The notes beneath the pieces are model-generated. The model ran no database searches and was not told the origin of the DNA. It saw only the letters and a list, made by a program, of their open reading frames with translations. A stretch of 44,459 nucleotides of DNA from a candidate division WWE3 bacterium. GTDB taxonomy: Bacteria > Patescibacteriota > WWE3 > 2-01-FULL-39-13. Shown piece after piece: positions 27,789 to 37,082 of this stretch; the first letter of the stretch is position 1; every line of letters starts with the position of its first letter. A program made the translations under genes and the position numbers. The stretch spans positions 1-44,459 of the forward strand of contig CALRDH010000001.1 in the NCBI GenBank assembly GCA_943354835.1, given 5' to 3'.

Positions 27789-28275
27789 TTTGTTCTTTCT
27801 TAATCAAATCTAAAGGTAGATAAACTACAACTTTAGAATTTCTACTGCCAGGGACACATCCTTTAACTTTTATCAAACCTAAAGACTCATCGTATCCTAA
27901 ATATTTAGCAACTATTGAATGTATATCGTTTCCATATCGTCCTGGCATTTTCTTTCCAGGAATAACACGCCCTTGACCTTGTGTACCAATTGAACCACCA
28001 GTTCTACTTCTATCTGATTGTCCATGTGTTTTAGGACCTCCATGGAAATTCCATCTCTTCATAACACCTGCAAATCCACGTCCTTTTGTAATACCCGATA
28101 CATCCAATTTCATATTTAATTCACAAGCATCAAATAAAGCCTTATCTTCAGGATTAACGAGTTTTAATCCAGTAAATGGAACAACTCGAGAATCATCAGC
28201 AAACTGCTGAGACATCCCTACTTTTATTAAATTTATTTTTTTATAATTAACGCTATTTAGCTTGATTTGTTTCAT
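27778..28275 (-). CDS. rplC: 50S ribosomal protein L3 (internally shortened)
   Basis: KVGMSQ, DVSGITKGRGFAGVMKRWNF, GKKMPGRYG, VKGCVPG; only 165 aa. Confidence 0.93.
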   Translation of the reverse strand: MKQIKLNSVNYKKINLIKVGMSQQFADDSRVVPFTGLKLVNPEDKALFDACELNMKLDVSGITKGRGFAGVMKRWNFHGGPKTHGQSDRSRTGGSIGTQGQGRVIPGKKMPGRYGNDIHSIVAKYLGYDESLGLIKVKGCVPGSRNSKVVVYLPLDLIKKEQNEN

Positions 28276-28278
28276 GCC

Positions 28279-28611
28279 TTAACTTTTAATTGTAATTCCA
28301 ACTCCTGTGGGCAGCTTAAGATTCGACAACTCTGCAATTGTATTAGCAGTAGGATCTAAAATATCAATAATTCTGTTGTGAGTGCGTCTTTCAAATTGCT
28401 CAAAAGACCTTTTATCGTTATTTGCGGCTCTTTGGTAGCTAAATATCTCTACTCTTGTTGGCAGTGGAACAGGGCCAGAGATCTTTGCTCCAGTTCGGAT
28501 AGCAACATCGACAATTCTTTGCGTGCTTTGATCAATCGTACCTACATCATACGACTTAAGTTTGACTCTCAATCTGTTATTATTGTTATCTTTCTTATTT
28601 TCTTTAGCCAT
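28279..28611 (-). CDS. rpsJ: 30S ribosomal protein S10
   Basis: RVKLKSYD, GPVPLPT, EQFERRTHNRIIDI; start moved to ATG 28611. Confidence 0.95.
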   Translation of the reverse strand: MAKENKKDNNNNRLRVKLKSYDVGTIDQSTQRIVDVAIRTGAKISGPVPLPTRVEIFSYQRAANNDKRSFEQFERRTHNRIIDILDPTANTIAELSNLKLPTGVGITIKS

Positions 28612-28636
28612 AATGTGCAAACTACATAATACAATT

Positions 28637-28669
28637 GGCGGGGACATGGGGATTCCCCATGTCCCCGCC
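28637..28669. terminator. Perfect 15-bp GC-rich inverted repeat between tuf and rpsJ (terminator, stabiliser or REP-like)
   Basis: GGCGGGGACATGGGG-ATT-CCCCATGTCCCCGCC; no clean U-tract on the transcribed strand. Confidence 0.55.
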
Positions 28670-28679
28670 TACTTTTTAC

Positions 28680-29852
28680 TTACTTAATAATCTTTGTTAC
28701 AACTCCAGCTCCTACAGTTTTGCTTCCTTCTCTGATTGCGAATCTTAGACCTTCTTCGACAGCAACTGGAGTTATCAACTCTACTGTAATCTTTATATTA
28801 TCTCCAGGCATAACCATTTCGGTTCCTTCTGGAAGAGTAACGTCACCGGTAACATCTGTTGTTCTAATATAGAATTGTGGTCTATATCCTGGGAAGAATG
28901 GTGTATGTCTTCCACCTTCGTCTTTTGTAAGAACGTATATTTCTGCCTCAAATTTTGTATGAGGTGTAATACTTCCAGGTATAGCTAAAACTTGTCCTCT
29001 TTCTATATCATCACGTTCAACTCCTCTTAGTAAAATACCTACGTTATCGCCGGCTAAACCTTGATCAAGAGATTTATTGAACATTTCAACGCCTGTTACA
29101 ACGCTCTTTCTTGTTGCTTTTATACCAACAATTTCGATTTCGTCGTTGACGTTAATTTTTCCTCTTTCTATACGACCTGTTGCAACAGTTCCTCTACCTT
29201 TGATAGAGAAAACGTCTTCTACAGGAAGAAGGAATGGCTTTTCTAGATCTCTTACTGGAGTTGGAATCCATGAATCGACTGCATCCATTAATTCTTCAAT
29301 GGTCTTGAGATATTTCTCATCACCTTCTAAAGCTTTTAATGCAGATCCAACTATCATTGGAGTATCAGCTTCGTATTCATACTTAACCAAAAGTTCTTTG
29401 AGCTCTTCTTTTACAAGCTCTACTAAACTTTCATCTTCAACAGCATCAGCTTTATTCAAAAATACAACCAATTTTGGAACTCCAACTTGTCTTGCCAATA
29501 GAATGTGTTCTCTTGTTTGAGGCATTGGTCCGTCCGCTGCTGATACAACCAAGATTGCGCCGTCCATTTGAGCTGCACCTGTAATCATGTTTTTGATATA
29601 GTCAGCATGACCTGGGGCATCAATGTGAGCGTAGTGTCTCTTTGCTGTACTGTACTCTACGTGGGTAACATTGATGGTAATTCCACGTGCTCTTTCTTCA
29701 GGAGCATTATCAATATTTTCAAATGCTCTATACTCTGCTAATCCTTTACCTGCTAGCATTTTTGTAATAGCTGCTGTTAGGGTTGTTTTTCCATGATCAA
29801 CATGACCGATGGTTCCGATGTTGACGTGTGGTTTACTTCTGTCAAATACCAT
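28680..29852 (-). CDS. tuf: Elongation factor Tu
   Basis: [34 protein letters not shown]. Confidence 0.98.
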   Translation of the reverse strand: MVFDRSKPHVNIGTIGHVDHGKTTLTAAITKMLAGKGLAEYRAFENIDNAPEERARGITINVTHVEYSTAKRHYAHIDAPGHADYIKNMITGAAQMDGAILVVSAADGPMPQTREHILLARQVGVPKLVVFLNKADAVEDESLVELVKEELKELLVKYEYEADTPMIVGSALKALEGDEKYLKTIEELMDAVDSWIPTPVRDLEKPFLLPVEDVFSIKGRGTVATGRIERGKINVNDEIEIVGIKATRKSVVTGVEMFNKSLDQGLAGDNVGILLRGVERDDIERGQVLAIPGSITPHTKFEAEIYVLTKDEGGRHTPFFPGYRPQFYIRTTDVTGDVTLPEGTEMVMPGDNIKITVELITPVAVEEGLRFAIREGSKTVGAGVVTKIIK

Positions 29853-29986
29853 TTTTTGTGTTTTTTAGGAATACACCAAAAACTAAATTTTTGGCATATC
29901 CCGAGAAAATAAACTATCTACTAAAATCGCTGTACGCAATTTTAACAATATAACACTAAATATTCAACACCAATAACAAAATTCGT

Positions 29987-32083
29987 TTATGCCAGTTTTA
30001 ACTTCTCTGCAATATTAGTTGGAACAACGTCATAATGGCTTGGTTCCATGCTAAATGAAGCCCTTCCTTGTGACATTCCACGCAAGTTAGTTATATATCC
30101 AAACATTTCAGAAAGCGGGACCTGTGCTTTTATAACCTGTGCACCACTTATCTGTGTCGTACCTTCAACAAGGGCTCTCTTTGAAGAAAGGTCTCCAATT
30201 ACATCTCCCATGAACTCATCCGGGGTAACAACTTCGATTGCCATAATTGGCTCTAATAAATTCATGCCTGCTTTTTTTGCGCCTTCTTGCAAAGCTGTGC
30301 TTGCTGCAATATGGAAAGCCATTTCAGACGAATCAACGTCATGATACGAACCATCATAGACAGCAACTTCAATATCAACAAGAGGATATCCCCACTGGAC
30401 GCCTTTTGTTAAAGCATCTTTTACACCTTTTTCAATTGCCGGAATATATTCTCTTGGAATTGAACCACCGACAACTTCATTTAAGAAAATGAATCCTTCG
30501 CCTCTTTCTCTTGGTTTAAGTCTTAAGAAAACGTGACCATATTGACCGCGTCCTCCGGATTGTCTTATATATTTACCTTCGATTTTGACTTCAGATTTTA
30601 TTGTTTCTCTAAATGCAACCTGTGGAGCACCTACAGTAACATCAACACCGTGGTCTCTTTTTAGAAGATCTACTTTAATTTCTAATTGGAATTCACCAAC
30701 TCCAGAAATCAAAGTTTGTCCTGAATCAGGATCATTTGATATATGAAATGTAGGATCTTCATCAGAAAGTTTCTTTAAAGCAAGACCCATCTTTTCTTGA
30801 TCGGATTTTGTTTTTGGCTCAATAGCCATAGAAATGACTGCCTCTTGGAATGTTATTTTTTCAAGTAATATTGGCTTATCTTCGTCACAAAGTGTATCTC
30901 CTGTTCCAGTTTCTTTAAGACCTACGACTGCTGCAATCTCTCCTGCGCGAACAACTTTTACTTCTTCGCGATCATTTGCATGCATCAAAACTATACGACC
31001 AGCTCTTTCTTTATTATCTTTTGTTGAGTTATAAATATAAGAACCAGCTTCGACTGAACCAGAATAAACTCTAAAATAAACCAAACGTCCAACATATGGG
31101 TCTGTTACGACTTTAAATGCTAGTGCTGAAAAATCCTCGTTAGCATCTGGCTTACAAATAACTGTTTCGTTTGTTTTTAAATTTATACCTTCTGCTGGAA
31201 CTACTTCTAAAGGTGATGGTAAATAATCAGTAACTGCATCAAGAATTAGCTTTACAGCAATGCCCCTGAAATCTCCGCCAACGACCGGATAAAAATGTGT
31301 ATCAAAATCAATAACGCTTGTTCTTATAGCTGATTTTATTTCTGCAATCGTGAGTTCTGTGCCAGCCAAATATTTCTCCATTAATTTTTCATCTGACTCG
31401 ACAGCTTTTTCAATAAGCTCTGTTCTGTATTTTTCGATCTGATCTTTCATGTTTTCTGGAATTTCAGTTTCCACAACATCCTTGTCAGAATAATCGCTAT
31501 ATTTGTAGCCTTTTTGCTCTACAAGATCGACCCATCCATTAATTTCTTTTTCAAATCCAATCGGTAGAATAATTGGAAAAGCATTTGGGGTTAATCTATT
31601 TTTTATAGATGCCAATGTCTTATCAAAATCTCCACCAATTTGATTTATTTTATTTATCGCAAAAATCCTTGGAACTTTATATTTATTAGCCTGTCTCCAA
31701 ACAGTTTCCGTTTGAGCTTCAACTCCCATTTTTCCATCAAGTACGACTACCGCGCCATCAAGAACGCGTAAAGACCTTTCAACTTCAGCAGTGAAATCAA
31801 CATGTCCTGGTGTGTCGATAAGATTTATACGAAAGTCTTTCCAAAATGAGGTTATTGCAGCAGATACGATAGTAACGCCACGTTCTTTTTCTTGTATCAT
31901 CCAATCTGTTGTAGTATCAGCACTACCATGGACAACACCGATTTTGTGTTTTAAACCAGTTAGATACAAAATTGCTTCAGTTGTTGTGGTTTTTCCAGCA
32001 TCAATATGAGCAATAATGCCTATATTTCTAATCTTATTAATTGGATATTTTTGTGCCTTATCGGCAACATGAACATCAGCCAT
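29987..32083 (-). CDS. fusA: Elongation factor G (atypical G4/G5 motifs)
   Basis: AHIDAGKTT, DTPGHVDF, RQSGGRGQYGH, GSYHDVDSS, LLEPIM. Confidence 0.96.
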   Translation of the reverse strand: MADVHVADKAQKYPINKIRNIGIIAHIDAGKTTTTEAILYLTGLKHKIGVVHGSADTTTDWMIQEKERGVTIVSAAITSFWKDFRINLIDTPGHVDFTAEVERSLRVLDGAVVVLDGKMGVEAQTETVWRQANKYKVPRIFAINKINQIGGDFDKTLASIKNRLTPNAFPIILPIGFEKEINGWVDLVEQKGYKYSDYSDKDVVETEIPENMKDQIEKYRTELIEKAVESDEKLMEKYLAGTELTIAEIKSAIRTSVIDFDTHFYPVVGGDFRGIAVKLILDAVTDYLPSPLEVVPAEGINLKTNETVICKPDANEDFSALAFKVVTDPYVGRLVYFRVYSGSVEAGSYIYNSTKDNKERAGRIVLMHANDREEVKVVRAGEIAAVVGLKETGTGDTLCDEDKPILLEKITFQEAVISMAIEPKTKSDQEKMGLALKKLSDEDPTFHISNDPDSGQTLISGVGEFQLEIKVDLLKRDHGVDVTVGAPQVAFRETIKSEVKIEGKYIRQSGGRGQYGHVFLRLKPRERGEGFIFLNEVVGGSIPREYIPAIEKGVKDALTKGVQWGYPLVDIEVAVYDGSYHDVDSSEMAFHIAASTALQEGAKKAGMNLLEPIMAIEVVTPDEFMGDVIGDLSSKRALVEGTTQISGAQVIKAQVPLSEMFGYITNLRGMSQGRASFSMEPSHYDVVPTNIAEKLKLA

Positions 32084-32135
32084 ACGACGGATATTTAAAC
32101 ATATAAACTATAACTATGCAATGATAAAAGCTTAT

Positions 32136-33089
32136 TTAGCTACCTTTGTACAGACTTCTACCAAGTTGCTTATGATAATCAGTAAAATCATCTTCTGTAT
32201 CGACTTGTTTTTCAATGTGTTTTGTTGCTTGATTCATATCAGCACTATTACTATCCACCATGCTTAAAATCATAGCTTCTACCATCATTGGTTTTACTGG
32301 ACTTCCATATTCAAGATGACCTTGATGGCTTAAAATAAGATGAAATAGTTTGCTTTTTAGGTCAGTTGGAAAATCTGGAACTTGGTCTATTAATGACTGA
32401 ACTTTTAAAACACCTTGTGCGATATGACCATTTAATGACCCTTCCGTTGTCATTACGATTGTTGCTCCAACGATATTTAATTCTTCAAGTTTTCCTACAT
32501 CGTGGAAAAATAAACCTGTAAAATAAAGATCCTTGTCTAAATTTGCATAAATATTCAAAAATGGCTGGCTTAATTGCCACATTTCCCAAACGTGTTCTAA
32601 AAGTCCACCTACATAACCATGGTGGACATACATTCCAGCCGGAAAATTCACATAGCTATCACGATTTGAATCAGTTTTCCAGAATAAATCGATTATTTGT
32701 TTTAAATATGGATTTGAGACAGCGTTCATAGCGGATTCAAGATCTTCCTGCATTTTTGAACGATCACGTGATGTAACTGGAAGGAATTCTTCTGGTGCCA
32801 TATTTGTAACAATGTTTATTTTCTCAACAATTATTTGAGGCTTGCCAGCATATTCCTGAATAAAGCCTGAAATCGAAACAATTTCACCAGCAGTCAAAGA
32901 TTCTAAGGATGAATCAACATTTTCACTCCAAAGTTTTCCACGAATTTCTCCGGTTTTATCACCAAGCAAAATATTGTAATAATATTTTCCTTGTCTGCTT
33001 ACTTTTTTCTCAAATTCCTTAAGCGAAAAAGCTTCATCTTGTAGTCTTTGATCGACTCTTAACTCTGATATTGTGACTGTTTTTGCCAT
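32136..33089 (-). CDS. yhaM: YhaM/Cbf1-family OB-fold plus HD-domain 3'-5' exoribonuclease
   Basis: DKTGEIRGKLW OB fold; HHGYVGGLLEH, HDVGK, GH, SHQG...GSP. Confidence 0.85.
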   Translation of the reverse strand: MAKTVTISELRVDQRLQDEAFSLKEFEKKVSRQGKYYYNILLGDKTGEIRGKLWSENVDSSLESLTAGEIVSISGFIQEYAGKPQIIVEKINIVTNMAPEEFLPVTSRDRSKMQEDLESAMNAVSNPYLKQIIDLFWKTDSNRDSYVNFPAGMYVHHGYVGGLLEHVWEMWQLSQPFLNIYANLDKDLYFTGLFFHDVGKLEELNIVGATIVMTTEGSLNGHIAQGVLKVQSLIDQVPDFPTDLKSKLFHLILSHQGHLEYGSPVKPMMVEAMILSMVDSNSADMNQATKHIEKQVDTEDDFTDYHKQLGRSLYKGS

Positions 33090-33110
33090 TATCAATATAT
33101 TATCACATAG

Positions 33111-33869
33111 CTACGTTAAGTATTCCTCATGCTTAAATGATGTATAACCTGAATCAGAAACAATTAAGTGATCGAGTATAGGAATTCCAATCGTCTGCGA
33201 GACTGCTACAAGTCGATGCGTAACAGCGAGGTCCTCGGAGCTTGGACTTGTATCCCCCGATGGATGATTATGGGCTATAACAATAAATGATGCCCTGCGA
33301 TTAATCGCGACCTTAAAGACTTCGCGCGGATGAACAATACTTTGACTTATTGTTCCGACAGATATATTATCAACCGCGATTAATCGCCTTCTTGAATCTA
33401 AAGCTATTACTAAAAAATGTTCGCGATCTTTATTCAACAACTGCGGCCTGACTAAATTGTAAATACTTTTAGACGAAGAATATATTTGCGACTTTAAAAC
33501 CGGTGAGCCTGACAACCTTCGCGATATTTCAGCAACCGCCATTATTTGGCAAGCTTTTGCTAAACCGACTCCGTTAAATGCTAAAAGTTCTGTGGCTGAA
33601 ACTTTGCTAAGAGAATTCAAATCTCCAAATGCGGAAATAATTTTTTGTGAAAGCATAAGAGCTGAAATTCCAGGAGCGCCCTTTCCTATAACAATTGCCA
33701 AAAGTTCACTTGTCGACAACGCCGATGGACCTTTTAAAAGCAACCGTTCCCGAGGGCGCTCCTCTTCCGGCAGATTTTTTATTGCAAAATCACCTGATAA
33801 TTTATTACTCCCCATTAAAATATCTATGTTTTTGGAGGAGCTTTCAGTGAATAACATTTGTTCTGCCAT
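33111..33869 (-). CDS. radC: RadC family JAB-domain protein
   Basis: ERPRERL, ELLAI, GVGLAKA, HPREVF, AHNHPSGD.SPS.ED, LDHL; start uncertain (33869 has TAATAT 6 nt upstream). Confidence 0.92.
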   Translation of the reverse strand: MAEQMLFTESSSKNIDILMGSNKLSGDFAIKNLPEEERPRERLLLKGPSALSTSELLAIVIGKGAPGISALMLSQKIISAFGDLNSLSKVSATELLAFNGVGLAKACQIMAVAEISRRLSGSPVLKSQIYSSSKSIYNLVRPQLLNKDREHFLVIALDSRRRLIAVDNISVGTISQSIVHPREVFKVAINRRASFIVIAHNHPSGDTSPSSEDLAVTHRLVAVSQTIGIPILDHLIVSDSGYTSFKHEEYLT

Positions 33870-33959
33870 AAACAAATATTAATAAACGAGTGTGAACAAA
33901 TAATGACAAGAAAATGAAAAATCTAAAAATGGGAAATTAACGAAAGCAAAATAGCGATA

Positions 33960-34292
33960 TCAATTCAATATCTTCTCACAAATAATTTTTAAACTTGGTA
34001 TATCAGTTTGAATTGTTTCCCAAACAATCTCAAAATCAACAAAGTCATAACCATGTATCAATTTATTTCTCATTGTAACAGCATCTCTCACCGGAAACTC
34101 TGGATACCTTTTCGAAAAATCGTCATCGAGTCGGTTTGCTGCTTCTCCCAATATTTCAATATTTCTAACTACTGCATCTTTTACCAAGTCATCAGTTAAA
34201 AAGTGACCATGCGATAGATCACTCGTATATAAGAGTATTTTATTACAGGAATTCAAAATATCCTCAACGTAGACTAAATTATCTTTCTGCAT
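33960..34292 (-). CDS. HepT-like HEPN RNase toxin (DUF86)
   Basis: DAVVRNIEILGEA, RNKLIHGY (RxxxxH followed by Tyr). Confidence 0.92.
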   Translation of the reverse strand: MQKDNLVYVEDILNSCNKILLYTSDLSHGHFLTDDLVKDAVVRNIEILGEAANRLDDDFSKRYPEFPVRDAVTMRNKLIHGYDFVDFEIVWETIQTDIPSLKIICEKILN

Positions 34293-34569
34293 ATAAAGTA
34301 ACTAAATCATTAATTATATAAGGCCTTATTCTTGGTTTTATGTTACTTTCAAACACTAGGTCAACAGGCTTCATAAACAAATCTGCCAATGTGTTTTGAA
34401 CGTTAGCATGTGACAACAAGCCAACAGGCATTTTGTACTTTACAAGTAAATCAATATCACTTTGGGAATTGTTGTCTCCCCTTGCGTAAGATCCAAAAAG
34501 CACAAGTGACGATATGCCTTTTTCTTCACAAATCTTATTCAATTTTTTCTTATCGTATTCTAAATTCAT
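34279..34569 (-). CDS. MntA-like minimal nucleotidyltransferase antitoxin
   Basis: LFGSYARGDNNSQSDIDLLV (GSx10DxD), VDLV; overlaps the HEPN gene. Confidence 0.92.
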   Translation of the reverse strand: MNLEYDKKKLNKICEEKGISSLVLFGSYARGDNNSQSDIDLLVKYKMPVGLLSHANVQNTLADLFMKPVDLVFESNIKPRIRPYIINDLVTLYAER

Positions 34570-34591
34570 ACGATGAGTATATCAAAAAATA

Positions 34592-35746
34592 TTAATCCAC
34601 AAACCTAATCGTGTCCTGCCAGACGCCACCAGCGTTGTCAGACGGTATTGAATATTGGCCAATTGACACGAATCCGTATTTATCAGGATTTTCAGTGTCG
34701 TATATAAAGTAAGAAATTCCATTGCTCTGCGTATATGGCGACGGACATTTGTCGAGTAATTTAAATAATTCCTCAACATCACTATGTTCTTTGGATACCT
34801 CAATGTTTCCGAATTTAATATTATCTGGATATTTCGCACTATTACCAACAGTCAAAAAGTTTACTGTGACTTTGCAATTCTCCTTATGTTCTGCTGTTGT
34901 TAAAAATCTTTTTGTTAAAGCTTCATCAAAGGACATATTGGCATCCTTACTAAAAACTTCGATGTATTGCCCAGATTCTGGCGCAAGTAAAGAATCGTAA
35001 ATATATATTTTATTCCCAATTTCTTTTACTTTAACTGTGCTTGGGTACATATATTCTAAATATATAAATTCAACACCAAGTTTTGCGGATATGTATCTCT
35101 TTTGCCCTTCTTTTAATTCTTGTCTTGCTTCTGGATTTAGTCTTGAATCATTAAATTCAATTGATGAAATAATTTTATCGAAAGTGGAGGAATCTGTAGA
35201 CGAAGCTTTTTGTGAATATACGAAGTTAACAGTCTTTGAATTCAGCTTAAAATTCACAGTAGTCATTTTCCAATCATCATTTTCACAAAGATCCTTTGTA
35301 GCTTTAAGCTCCCCAACAAGAATATTTTCTAATGAAAGTCTTTTAGAACATTCAAATCCAGACGGAGTATTAACAATCACAGACAAGGATTCACTTTGAT
35401 CTGGGGAGGTAAACATTCTCCCATTTTGCTTCCACGAACTTGGATATTTAAATGAAAACCCAGCATCATTTGTATACAACGTCCAATTTTCAAACGGGTC
35501 CTTAGAAATTCCAGTTGATTCATTATTAATGCTTCCATATTGGCCATTCTGTTTTACTGAAACAGACGGCACAGCCGGCGAACCAATTTGCTGAACATCA
35601 GGATCCGCAAGAGCATTTAAAAGATACGAAATATAAGCCAAAGAAATTCCCAGCAAAATAATTATCGTAAACAAAACAATAATAAACTTCTTCCCAATAT
35701 AATCGGGCTTAGAAGTTGAAATTAAATTAGAAATATCCTTTGGCAT
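34592..35746 (-). CDS. Membrane-anchored surface protein, paralog D (PsbP-like domain plus second domain)
   Basis: N-terminal TM; ESTGISKDPFENWTLYTN..FSFKYP ... FDKIISSIEF. Confidence 0.75.
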   Translation of the reverse strand: MPKDISNLISTSKPDYIGKKFIIVLFTIIILLGISLAYISYLLNALADPDVQQIGSPAVPSVSVKQNGQYGSINNESTGISKDPFENWTLYTNDAGFSFKYPSSWKQNGRMFTSPDQSESLSVIVNTPSGFECSKRLSLENILVGELKATKDLCENDDWKMTTVNFKLNSKTVNFVYSQKASSTDSSTFDKIISSIEFNDSRLNPEARQELKEGQKRYISAKLGVEFIYLEYMYPSTVKVKEIGNKIYIYDSLLAPESGQYIEVFSKDANMSFDEALTKRFLTTAEHKENCKVTVNFLTVGNSAKYPDNIKFGNIEVSKEHSDVEELFKLLDKCPSPYTQSNGISYFIYDTENPDKYGFVSIGQYSIPSDNAGGVWQDTIRFVD

Positions 35747-37072
35747 TTTTTATTCTATTTAAACGAAGAAATTATTTTAATTCCTCAACTGAAATCGCTA
35801 GGTTTTCTACTATACCATCACACAATTTTACTTTTGAAATATCTTTCGTGTTGCAGGTAATCTCGTATCCACCGATTTTATTGAAACCAGCATTACTCAT
35901 GTGACATGCTAATGGCAAAGGATCCCAATGACTACATCCGTTAGCACCTTCACCATACCCAGTAACATATGAGTAATTTGAAACACCAAGAATCCTAAAA
36001 ATTTCTTCAACAAAATTTGGGTTAGAAATTTTTTTCACATTTGGTTTACCATCAACAGCATTATATGAAACACTACTGCCTTCAAAAGCAGGCTTTATAT
36101 TTAAATCCACACCATTATTCAATTTGATCGAAATGCCTGAAACATTTGAAGATCCATCTGATAACATATCAACCGATGAGACATCTTTTGTAGGATATTT
36201 AAAAGTATATCTACTGACTGATTGTTTACTCACATCAACATCAGAAAAAAGGTTCCTAATAACAACATCAAAAGCTTCAAAATCAGACGTCTCATCAGCA
36301 TTTATAAACCTAAAAGTTGAGAGGATCTGCTCAAAATATTTTGATTCTAAAGACGTTTCACCGGTCCACTTACCTAGGCTTATCTGCAAAGTAGATTCTA
36401 ATTGAGGTACTAAGATCAAATCAACCGAATCCGGGATTGGAGCCGGTTCATTGTTACTCCGAGTTCCGCTATATTTTACAGAAGATACCGTGCCGACTAA
36501 AAATCCAGACGTACTTTTGACATCATAATCAACGTAATAATAGCTAGGAAGTTTATAATTTTTCGCGTGTTTAGTTATTGTAAAACTTCCACCAGAAGAT
36601 GCACATGGATCAAAGTGACGTTTTTCTTCAGATGGAACTATAAATGTTGTATCTACAGACCCTCTTGGACAATCAATAACTTCTAAATCAGTTTCAGGAT
36701 ATTTGAATGAGTAACCTAACTTTTCATTCGTATACGTCTTCCAATCTTTGGTCGGGTCTTCTTTTATTCCTTCTGATTCGGATGTCTCAATCGTGGTTGC
36801 TTTATTTTCTACAGGATTATCTTTAACAACTTCTTTATTATTTCCTAAAAAAAGGTACGAAAGATATGTTAATGCAATTCCAAGCAACACAATAATGGAA
36901 ACCAAAAACCACACAGTCTTTTTGCTAACAGTCTGAACTGGAGCTGCAGGAACAACCGGATTATTTGAATCTTTGACTACTCTGTTTTCAACCTCTTGTA
37001 TTGCACCTTCCTTTTTCATAATTTTTATTAAAACTAAACAAACCAAAAATCAAATTAGAAATATCCTTTGGC
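35724..37072. repeat. 21-bp exact direct repeat (35724-35744 and 37052-37072)
   Basis: AAATTAGAAATATCCTTTGGC at both positions. Confidence 0.85.
35772..37019 (-). CDS. Membrane-anchored surface protein, paralog C
   Basis: TM; ESEGIKEDPTKDWKTYTN..YSFKYP ... FEQILSTFRF; Cys-containing C-terminal domain; start set at ATG 37019. Confidence 0.75.
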   Translation of the reverse strand: MKKEGAIQEVENRVVKDSNNPVVPAAPVQTVSKKTVWFLVSIIVLLGIALTYLSYLFLGNNKEVVKDNPVENKATTIETSESEGIKEDPTKDWKTYTNEKLGYSFKYPETDLEVIDCPRGSVDTTFIVPSEEKRHFDPCASSGGSFTITKHAKNYKLPSYYYVDYDVKSTSGFLVGTVSSVKYSGTRSNNEPAPIPDSVDLILVPQLESTLQISLGKWTGETSLESKYFEQILSTFRFINADETSDFEAFDVVIRNLFSDVDVSKQSVSRYTFKYPTKDVSSVDMLSDGSSNVSGISIKLNNGVDLNIKPAFEGSSVSYNAVDGKPNVKKISNPNFVEEIFRILGVSNYSYVTGYGEGANGCSHWDPLPLACHMSNAGFNKIGGYEITCNTKDISKVKLCDGIVENLAISVEELK

Positions 37073-37082
37073 CTTTATATTT

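Noticed and set aside
29862-29945. Two AT-rich hairpins in the tuf leader
   Set aside because: Mostly A/T-run pairing expected by chance; cannot support a regulatory RNA without homologs
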